Below, one piece after another: positions 9,032 through 15,188 of a DNA stretch of 41,736 bases. The stretch lies in the IMG/VR virus record IMGVR_UViG_3300045988_047176. One strand, given 5' to 3'. How positions within the stretch are numbered: position 1 is the stretch's first letter; each line of letters starts with the position of its first letter. The notes below the pieces were generated by a model. That model saw only the letters and a program-made list of their open reading frames with translations, was not told the DNA's origin and ran no database searches. The position numbers and the translations under genes are program-made. The stretch comes from a virus.

Positions 9032-9063
9032 CAGACAGGGCAAAAGCCCGGAAAGGAAGAATT

Positions 9064-9285
9064 ATGAAGCTGAACAACAAGGTTTATGACGTTATGAAGT
9101 GGGTGGTCATGATCGTGCTGCCCGCGCTGAGTGCCCTGTATGTGGGTTTGGGCAGCATTTGGGGCTGGCCGTACATCGAGCAGGTGGCCGGAAGCATCTC
9201 CTGCGTGACGGTGTTTTTGGGTGCTCTGCTGGGCATCTCCAGCGCCAACTATAAGAAGTCCACGCTGGACGAGGAGGCTATGTAA
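9064..9285 (+). CDS. Holin, Dp-1-family-like
   Basis: 73 aa with two TM segments. KVYDVMKWVVMIVLPALSALYVGLGSIWGWPY...FLGALLGISS fits the Phage_holin_Dp1 pattern. It lies directly upstream of the endolysin. Confidence 0.7.
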   Translation: MKLNNKVYDVMKWVVMIVLPALSALYVGLGSIWGWPYIEQVAGSISCVTVFLGALLGISSANYKKSTLDEEAM

Positions 9286-9969
9286 ATGGCCGCGCCGAAG
9301 GTCTACCTGTCCCCGGCTATGCACAGGGCAAACCCCTGTGTATATCCGCGGGAGGACGGGAAACAGTGCTATGAGGCGCTGGAGAACAACGAGTACATCG
9401 ACATCCTTGAGCCGATCCTGAACCGCTGCGGCATCGCGACAAAGCGCGGCTATCGGCGTACACCCATGAACGGCGACAACGGCGATGCCATCATGAAGCA
9501 GAACGTGCGGGAGAGCGATGCGTGGGGTGCGGACGTGCATTACGTCAGCCACACCAACGGCAGCGCAGACGGCAAGGGAAACTCCCGCGGTTGCTATCCC
9601 ATGTACTACACCTACTCCAAGAACGGAAAGAAACTGGGAGAGATCATGGTGAAGTACAGGAAGCAGATTTACCCGCGCACGGTGAAGCTGGTGGCCAGTT
9701 CTAAGTGGTATGAGCTTTACAAGCCCAAGGCGGTGAGCTACTACGAGGAGCACGTGTTCCACGACAACATGGAGGATGCCACATGGTTTCACACCCACAT
9801 GAAGGAGATCGCCGAGAGCGCGGCCAAGGGGCTGTGCGAGTGGTTCGGTGTTCCGTATGTGGAGGAGACGAAGCCTGCGGAGCCGGTGGAGCCCATGACC
9901 CCCGGCGAGCTGCTGGTAAAGATCATGAACAGCACAGGAACGTGCGGCACGTGGGAGATCGTGAAGTAA
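9286..9969 (+). CDS. Endolysin, N-acetylmuramoyl-L-alanine amidase (Amidase_3-like)
   Basis: 227 aa. It shows the LSPAMH...E...N...ADVHYVSHTNG...YELY...YYEEHVFHDN..DA layout of His/Glu zinc ligands typical of Amidase_3/CwlA-type phage lysins. The start abuts the holin stop. I see no recognisable wall-binding domain. Confidence 0.75.
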   Translation: MAAPKVYLSPAMHRANPCVYPREDGKQCYEALENNEYIDILEPILNRCGIATKRGYRRTPMNGDNGDAIMKQNVRESDAWGADVHYVSHTNGSADGKGNSRGCYPMYYTYSKNGKKLGEIMVKYRKQIYPRTVKLVASSKWYELYKPKAVSYYEEHVFHDNMEDATWFHTHMKEIAESAAKGLCEWFGVPYVEETKPAEPVEPMTPGELLVKIMNSTGTCGTWEIVK

Positions 9970-10056
9970 AATAAATCTGCTGGGCGGGAAAGAGCTACGA
10001 CAAGCCGTCTCTTTCCCCGGCGTAAAGTCCCGCAAGCTCACGGCTAAAACCGTGTT

Positions 10057-10299
10057 ATGGACAGATACCACAAGCAGATACGGCGCAGATTGCAGAGCAT
10101 GGCACCAAAGCGGGCTATTGCGTATGTTATGAGCGCCCAGCTGCCGCCTGACGAAGCGGTGTGCGTTATTGAATGTGACGTGAAGCGGAAAAGCTATTGT
10201 GAAACGGCGTTACTGCTGAATGTTTCCCCGGAAACGGTAAAGCGGTGCCGCAGGAGAGCGTATCAGAAATTTGCAGACGAAGAAAGAAGCCACACCTGA
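10057..10299 (+). CDS. Small DNA-binding protein similar to sigma-70 region 4 or a LuxR-type HTH
   Basis: 80 aa. ...KSYCETALLLNVSPETVKRCRRRAYQKF matches the region-4 HTH pattern. A terminator follows. Confidence 0.5.
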   Translation: MDRYHKQIRRRLQSMAPKRAIAYVMSAQLPPDEAVCVIECDVKRKSYCETALLLNVSPETVKRCRRRAYQKFADEERSHT

Positions 10300-10320
10300 A
10301 AAGGTGCGGCTTCTTTGTTT
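10285..10320 (+). terminator. Rho-independent terminator
   Basis: AGAAGCCACACC / GGTGCGGCTTCT forms a 12-bp stem with one mismatch and a TGAAAA loop, followed by TTGTTT. Confidence 0.7.
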
Positions 10321-10359
10321 GCGCCCGGTAGGTGAGCCGGGCGTATAAAAAGGGAGAAG

Positions 10360-10428
10360 ATGCCAGCCGGAAGTGTTCCGAAATGGCTGTCATTATTATA
10401 CATCGTGTCTGGTGGATTGTACAAGTAA
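10360..10428 (+). CDS. Possible 22-aa hydrophobic micro-ORF or leader peptide (MPAGSVPKWLSLLYIVSGGLYK)
   Basis: A GGGAGA RBS lies about 3 nt before the ATG. The ORF sits in the gap of about 145 nt between two terminators. There is no other support. Confidence 0.2.
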   Translation: MPAGSVPKWLSLLYIVSGGLYK

Positions 10429-10465
10429 ATAATTCGCAAATTAACGGCCTTTTTCTGACCTTTAA

Positions 10466-10491
10466 CTGCCCCTTTGCGGGGGCAGTTTTTT
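10466..10491 (+). terminator. Rho-independent terminator or attenuator, 9 nt upstream of the cargo operon
   Basis: CTGCCCC / GGGGCAG forms a 7-bp stem with a 6-nt loop, followed by TTTTTTG. Confidence 0.75.
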
Positions 10492-10500
10492 GTTACGCTT

Positions 10501-10656
10501 ATGGCAAGTAACGGAGGTGTTTGCATAATCGAAAAGTTGGTGTCGTTGGGATTTACCCAGCAGATGGCGGAGGACATCATTTGGGCGTATCAGGACGATC
10601 TTCCGGGGCTGAAAGCCTATGTGCGTGTGATAGAAATAGTGGCGGCGCATGTATAG
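10501..10656 (+). CDS. Hypothetical small protein (51 aa)
   Basis: This is the first in-frame ATG of ORF 10474..10656. The stop overlaps the next start. The RBS is weak or absent, so both the start and the reality of the gene are uncertain. Confidence 0.35.
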   Translation: MASNGGVCIIEKLVSLGFTQQMAEDIIWAYQDDLPGLKAYVRVIEIVAAHV

Positions 10657-11032
10657 CTACTTCAACGAAAACCCGCACGGAAAAAATGTGGGAGACTGCA
10701 CCGTTCGGGCTATTTCAAAAGCCACCGGGAAAGAGTGGGGCGAAACGTACCTTGCTATGGCGGTGCAGGGGTATTTGGAAGGTGATATGCCATCCGCAAA
10801 CGCCGTGTGGGGTGCGTATCTGCGGCGGATAGGCTACAGGCGGTACATGGTGCCGGATACTTGCCCGGATTGCTACACAGTCGGTAGGTTCGCCGATGAA
10901 CACCCGGAGGGGACGTTTATCCTTGCGCTATCCGGGCACGTCGTGTGTGTTCAGGACGGCGTGATCTATGACAGCTGGAACAGCGAAAACGAAATTGTTT
11001 TGTATTACTGGCAAAAAGAAAGTGAGGCGTAA
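10649..11032 (+). CDS. Putative papain-fold cysteine peptidase-like protein
   Basis: 127 aa. NVGDCTVRAISKATG is a candidate Cys nucleophile at a helix start. ...LSGHVVCVQDGVIYDSWN supplies a candidate His followed by Asp/Asn. The order and spacing resemble small C39/NlpC-like peptidase folds. The call is by motif only. Confidence 0.35.
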   Translation: MYSYFNENPHGKNVGDCTVRAISKATGKEWGETYLAMAVQGYLEGDMPSANAVWGAYLRRIGYRRYMVPDTCPDCYTVGRFADEHPEGTFILALSGHVVCVQDGVIYDSWNSENEIVLYYWQKESEA

Positions 11033-11034
11033 CT

Positions 11035-11475
11035 ATGGCATTTAACCCGTATTTCAACCCTTATTACCCGCAGCCAATGCAGGATAACCTTGCCCAGCTT
11101 CGGCAGCAGCAAATGCAGACCATGCCGCCGCAGATACCGCAAATTCCACCCATGCAGAACCCGGTGGCGCAGGGCGGCGTACAGTGGGTAGCTGGTAAGC
11201 CGGAGGCGGAGAATTGGTTGATCGCGCCAAACTCTGCTATTGCGCTGTGGGATAGCACGGCTCCTGTGGTGTACCTAAAGCAGGCCGACGCAAGCGGCAA
11301 GCCGACGCTCAAGACGTATGACCTTGTAGAACGCCTTGCAAGCGCTCCTGACGCGCAGAAAGCCACCGCCCCTGAATATGTGACCCGTAAGGAGTTCGAC
11401 GCGCTGGCGGCGCTTGTGGGCGAAATGAAGGGCAAGAAGAAGCGCAAGGTGGAGGAGGACGAGGACGATGAGTAA
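11035..11475 (+). CDS. Cargo-cassette protein 1: P/Q-rich N-terminus, small beta core, Lys/acidic tail
   Basis: 146 aa with a GTGAGG RBS. It begins MAFNPYFNPYYPQPMQ...QIPQIPPMQNP, continues VQWVAGKPEAENWLIAPNSAIALWDSTAPVVYLKQADASGKPTLKTYDL, and ends KGKKKRKVEEDEDDE. Confidence 0.6.
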   Translation: MAFNPYFNPYYPQPMQDNLAQLRQQQMQTMPPQIPQIPPMQNPVAQGGVQWVAGKPEAENWLIAPNSAIALWDSTAPVVYLKQADASGKPTLKTYDLVERLASAPDAQKATAPEYVTRKEFDALAALVGEMKGKKKRKVEEDEDDE

Positions 11476-11668
11476 TCCCTTTTTCGGTGCGCTCGGCGGA
11501 GGGAACGGCTTCATGCAGATGCTGCAACAGTTCCAGCAATTCAAGGCAAATTTTCATGGCGACCCCAAAGCCGAGGTCGAAAAGCTTTTGCAGAGCGGTA
11601 AGCTGAACCAGCAGCAGCTCAACCAGCTACAGCAGATGGCGAAGCAGTTTCAAAGCCTGATGCAGTAA
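11468..11668 (+). CDS. Cargo-cassette protein 2: Gln-rich helical 66-aa protein
   Basis: It overlaps the upstream gene by 8 nt. The sequence is GALGGGNGFMQMLQQFQQFKANF...LNQQQLNQLQQMAKQFQSLMQ. Confidence 0.55.
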   Translation: MSNPFFGALGGGNGFMQMLQQFQQFKANFHGDPKAEVEKLLQSGKLNQQQLNQLQQMAKQFQSLMQ

Positions 11669-11734
11669 TCATCAACATAAATCAACATCGTGGCCACGAT
11701 TTGATGAATAAAAATTTTTCAAAGGAGTGATACT

Positions 11735-12460
11735 ATGTCTCTTTCTGACGGCGGCGTTCAGGCCACTATGCCTGTTGCGCCAACCGGCATGATGAACAGC
11801 GGCTTTGGCGGCTTCGGCGGCGATGGCGCGTGGTGGATCATCATTCTTTTCCTGTTTGTTTTCTGCGGCTGGGGCGGCAACGGCTGGGGGAACAACGGCA
11901 ACGGCGGCGTCGTAGACGGCTACGTGCTGACCTCTGATTTTGCCAATGTCGAGCGCAAGATCGACAGCGTAAATCAGGGCCTTTGCGACGGATTTTATCA
12001 GCAGGCGCAGCTTGTCAACGGCACCAACATGGCGATGGCAAACGGCTTTGCACAGGCAGAGCTGTCCCGTAGCAACCAGCAGGCGGCGCTTATGCAGCAG
12101 CTCAACGCCATGCAGATGCAGGCGCAGCAGTGCTGCTGTGACCAGCGGGCTGATACAGCCCAGGTGCGGTACGACATGGCGGCGCAGGCCTGCGACACGC
12201 GCAACACCGTGCAGACGGCGGCCCGGGACATCGTGGAGAACGCGAACGCCAATTCCCGTGCGATTTTGGACTTCCTGACGCAGAGCAAGCTGCAGGATCT
12301 TCAGAGCGCCAATCAGGAGCTGCGCCTTGCCGCTTCTCAGGCTGCGCAGAACAACTACCTGATCTCCCAGCTGCGCCCTTGCCCCACCCCAGCTTACATC
12401 ACTTGTAATCCGTGGGCGGGCAGCGGCTATGGCGGATGCGGAACCGGCTGCGGATGCTGA
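11735..12460 (+). CDS. Cargo-cassette protein 3: membrane-anchored Gly/Trp-rich and Gln-rich coiled-coil protein with Cys clusters
   Basis: 241 aa with an AAAGGAG RBS. It carries one TM segment (AWWIIILFLFVFCGW) flanked by GFGGFGGDG and GGNGWGNNGNGG. A long Q/A/N-rich helical region contains a CCC triplet. The C-terminus is RPCPTPAYITCNPWAGSGYGGCGTGCGC. Confidence 0.65.
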   Translation: MSLSDGGVQATMPVAPTGMMNSGFGGFGGDGAWWIIILFLFVFCGWGGNGWGNNGNGGVVDGYVLTSDFANVERKIDSVNQGLCDGFYQQAQLVNGTNMAMANGFAQAELSRSNQQAALMQQLNAMQMQAQQCCCDQRADTAQVRYDMAAQACDTRNTVQTAARDIVENANANSRAILDFLTQSKLQDLQSANQELRLAASQAAQNNYLISQLRPCPTPAYITCNPWAGSGYGGCGTGCGC

Positions 12461-12600
12461 AAAGTGAATAGCACCAGCTGTTCGGAATTTCCGAACTGTT
12501 CAGCCCCGTGCTGATACTGACACCAACGCGGCGGGGCTATTGCCTCGCCGCTGTATTTTAACATGGTCGATTTCGACCACTTTAGAAAGGACTGATTATT

Positions 12601-13023
12601 TTGGCAGAGTACACAAACGCGAATATTGTGACCGTAGCTGCAGGCCAGAACGTTCCCTTGACCGAAACGGCGGTCAATAGCAAGCCTTGCATCGTGCATC
12701 GTGAGGGTGCCGGCATTGTCACGTTGCGTGGTTTCACCAATCAAAACCGCGCTCTGTTTAGGGTCTCCTATGGCGGCAACATCGCCATTCCAACCGGGGG
12801 CACGGTTGAGGCCATCACGGCGGCGCTTGCCATCAACGGAGAGCCGCTGACCAGCGCAACGGCGACTGTCACGCCTGCGGCGGTAGAAAACTACTTTAAC
12901 ATTTATGTTTCCGCGCAGGTCTGTGTCCCGAAAGGCTGCTGCCTGACGGTTGCAATGGAAAACACCAGCACTCAGGCCGTCAACTTCGCCAACTCGAACC
13001 TGACGGTTGAGAGAATCGCGTGA
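12601..13023 (+). CDS. Cargo-cassette protein 4: all-beta protein resembling the C1q/TNF-like C-terminal domain of BclA
   Basis: 140 aa, TTG start with an AGAAAGG RBS. It has alternating hydrophobic beta-strand patterning and the segments ...FRVSYGGNIAIPTGGTVEAITAALAINGEPL... and ...NSNLTVERIA. The last segment echoes the end of the BclA C-terminal domain (...SASIIIEKVA). This is recognition by eye only. Confidence 0.45.
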   Translation: MAEYTNANIVTVAAGQNVPLTETAVNSKPCIVHREGAGIVTLRGFTNQNRALFRVSYGGNIAIPTGGTVEAITAALAINGEPLTSATATVTPAAVENYFNIYVSAQVCVPKGCCLTVAMENTSTQAVNFANSNLTVERIA

Positions 13024-13036
13024 AAGGAGAATTAAA

Positions 13037-13453
13037 ATGAGTATGAAAGCAATGTACGATTTGCGTGATATGCTCTGCAAGGAGCTTGACGAGATCGCCC
13101 ACAAAGGAGAGCTGGGCGCTGGGGATCTGGACATCGCGCATAAGCTGGTAAGCACCATCAAGAACATCGACAAGATCGATCTGATGGAAGATGAAGGGTA
13201 CAGCCGTGACGGCGATTATTCCCAGCGGCGTTACTCCCGCGACGGCGACTATTCCCAGCGCAGATATTCCCGCGACAGCTACGGCGGCGGCAGCTCCTAC
13301 GCACGGCGCGGCACCCATTATGTGCGCGGCCATTATAGCCGCGACGGTGCAAAAGATGACATGAAGCGCCAGCTGCAAGAGATGCTGGACAATGCGGATG
13401 ATGATACCATCCGCAACGCCATTCAGCGGTGTATGGATGCCGTGGAGGGCTGA
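13037..13453 (+). CDS. Cargo-cassette protein 5: helical protein with tandem YSRDGDYSQRR repeats
   Basis: ATG at 13037 follows an AAAGGAGA RBS. 138 aa. The helical ends (LCKELDEIAHKGELGAGDLDIAHKLVSTIKNIDKI; DDMKRQLQEMLDNADDDTIRNAIQRCMDAVEG) flank a Tyr/Arg/Asp/Gly-rich repeat core. Confidence 0.6.
   Translation: MSMKAMYDLRDMLCKELDEIAHKGELGAGDLDIAHKLVSTIKNIDKIDLMEDEGYSRDGDYSQRRYSRDGDYSQRRYSRDSYGGGSSYARRGTHYVRGHYSRDGAKDDMKRQLQEMLDNADDDTIRNAIQRCMDAVEG
13199..13285 (+). repeat. Tandem 33-bp coding repeat, about 2.6 copies (YSRDGDYSQRR x2 plus YSRDSYG)
   Basis: The units are 13199-13231 and 13232-13264, with a partial unit at 13265-13285. The copies differ at synonymous positions. Confidence 0.85.
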
Positions 13454-13469
13454 GAGGGGGTAGTTCCCC

Positions 13470-13784
13470 TTGATCGACGAAAAGGAACTTAAAGCCTGGA
13501 TAGCCAGACTGGAAACGGAACAGTCAAGCTGGCCGAACTACGAGAAACTGGCCGCGCTGTACATTATACAAAATCAGCACGAAGGGCAGAGAAACCCTGC
13601 GCCGGTGGCTATGTATTCCAGCGCACCGGCTCCTGACGTGGTAGACGGTGACAGTGACTTTATGCAAGCGGTATCATCCCGCGCACCGGAGCAGGCGTGG
13701 GCCATAGTGGACGAGTTGATGGATGCGCTGAAAGTAACCAATGCGCGAATGTATGATAACGTGATGCGAAAGATGCGAGGATAA
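13470..13784 (+). CDS. Cargo-cassette protein 6: acidic 104-aa protein
   Basis: TTG start after a GAGGGGG RBS. This is the last gene before the terminator. There is no recognisable motif. Confidence 0.5.
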   Translation: MIDEKELKAWIARLETEQSSWPNYEKLAALYIIQNQHEGQRNPAPVAMYSSAPAPDVVDGDSDFMQAVSSRAPEQAWAIVDELMDALKVTNARMYDNVMRKMRG

Positions 13785-13787
13785 AGT

Positions 13788-13813
13788 ATCCCCCGCCTGT
13801 TTTGGCGGGGGAT
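13788..13813 (+). terminator. Hairpin terminator closing the cargo operon
   Basis: ATCCCCCGCC / GGCGGGGGAT forms a 10-bp stem with a TGTTTT loop. The downstream T-tract is weak (ATTCTT). Confidence 0.6.
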
Positions 13814-13821
13814 ATTCTTGT

Positions 13822-13865
13822 GTACTTAGTTTTGCATAACCTAAAGGTTTATATAAACTAAGTAC
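13822..13865. other. Candidate attP core: 11-bp perfect inverted repeat around an AT-rich 22-bp centre
   Basis: GTACTTAGTTT (13822-13832) pairs with AAACTAAGTAC (13855-13865). The inner imperfect palindrome is ATAACC...GGTTTAT. The element abuts the integrase stop codon at 13866. Confidence 0.4.
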
Positions 13866-15188
13866 TTACAGAAAATCAAATTCAATCCGGCGGTCTTTGT
13901 ATAGCCGGATTTCTTTTATTTTGAGTTTCCAAAATGCTTGTTTATTTTCTTTGTTAAGTTGTTTGTATATTTCTTGCCATCCTGCGGAAAATAAGGTTGC
14001 AATTTCTTCTGGTGCGCGGCTTTGTGATTTTACTTGTGTAATCTCATCCATTTGTGATGTCAGTTCTGCATACTTTTTTGAGTAGTCCGCCTTTGAAATC
14101 ATGTCGTCTATATATAACTCTGACAACTTGGATAGTTTCTTTTGTAAAGCCTTTAATTGCGCATCTTGGTTTTCTTTGGGTTCTTGACGCGGCTTGGCTT
14201 GCAATTTGATCTGTATCTGTTCGTCTATTGTCGACAAGAGATAATCTTCGATTTTCCATTCGACAGTAAAACTACCGTTGTTGCATCCTTTTCTCTGAGC
14301 AGACCCTTGACAATAGTAAGAGTAAGAGCACGCCCCGCTTGGTCGTGGAGACGGATGCCCTGTCATTCTGCGTCCACATTCTCCGCAGACTATCAGCCCC
14401 GAAAAAATATACGTTCGATTGTAAGGCGATTTTCGCGTAATCCTTGTTCGTAAGGCTTGCACACGCTGAAATTCCTGCGGGGTCAAATACGGGGGTAATT
14501 TTATCCCGTGCCAGTCACCCATGTATCCGGGGTTGTCCAACATTTGGCTGGCTGTTTGGTATTTAAGGTTTAATTCCGGGGCTGCGTCCATCGCTTTTGT
14601 TATGGAGCCGGTTTCCAAAAATGTAGAGAAGTATCTCCGTATAACTGGCTCTGTCTCTTTGTCTATAACGGCAAATTTCCCCTCTATTTTGTACCCCTTT
14701 GGTAAGTGCCCGGTGCAAACCTCATTCCGCTCTTTTTTGGCATCAAGCACACGTTTTATACGTTCGCTGGCGCGGTCAGCTTCGTCCTGTGCTACAGCAA
14801 GCATAATGTTGATCTTCAACCGGCCTGCGGCTGTGGATGTGTCGTAGTCCTCATAGATCGTTTTCCACGACACGTTGTGGGCTTCAAGGATCTCCTGCAC
14901 CTTGTAATATTCGCCGATATTGCGAAACCACCTGTCCAGCTTTGTGACAAGAATAATGTCTACCTCATCATGCTTTACGGCTTCCAGCAGTTGAAGCATG
15001 GCGGGACGCTTTTCAATCTTTTTTCTGGCGGAAAACCCGGCATCCTGGAAAACGCCTACCACCTTCATATTGTGGGCTTTGGCGTATTCTTCGAGGTCGT
15101 GCTGCTGATCGTGAATAGACAGGCCGAATTTTTTCTGTTCTTCTGTGGACACACGCGGGTATAATGCTGCCCGCAATACTACACTCAT
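13866..15188 (-). CDS. Large serine recombinase (phage integrase)
   Basis: 440 aa. It has the resolvase-type N-terminus AALYPRVSTEEQ (catalytic Ser), the recombinase domain, a zinc ribbon (CGECGRRM...C..GC) and a C-terminal coiled coil. RBS GGGAGGAG. Confidence 0.9.
   Translation of the reverse strand: MSVVLRAALYPRVSTEEQKKFGLSIHDQQHDLEEYAKAHNMKVVGVFQDAGFSARKKIEKRPAMLQLLEAVKHDEVDIILVTKLDRWFRNIGEYYKVQEILEAHNVSWKTIYEDYDTSTAAGRLKINIMLAVAQDEADRASERIKRVLDAKKERNEVCTGHLPKGYKIEGKFAVIDKETEPVIRRYFSTFLETGSITKAMDAAPELNLKYQTASQMLDNPGYMGDWHGIKLPPYLTPQEFQRVQALRTRITRKSPYNRTYIFSGLIVCGECGRRMTGHPSPRPSGACSYSYYCQGSAQRKGCNNGSFTVEWKIEDYLLSTIDEQIQIKLQAKPRQEPKENQDAQLKALQKKLSKLSELYIDDMISKADYSKKYAELTSQMDEITQVKSQSRAPEEIATLFSAGWQEIYKQLNKENKQAFWKLKIKEIRLYKDRRIEFDFL

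Noticed and set aside
8941-10071. A 376-aa minus-strand ORF spanning the Dp-1-like holin, the endolysin and the intergenic region.
   Set aside because: Its composition is rich in His, Arg, Leu and Val and looks like an antisense artefact. It crosses several well-supported + strand genes.
12427-13173. A 248-aa minus-strand ORF across the P3/P4/P5 region of the cargo cassette.
   Set aside because: It spans two intergenic gaps and three + strand ORFs that have RBSs. The Arg-rich sequence resembles no protein family, and I found no start context.
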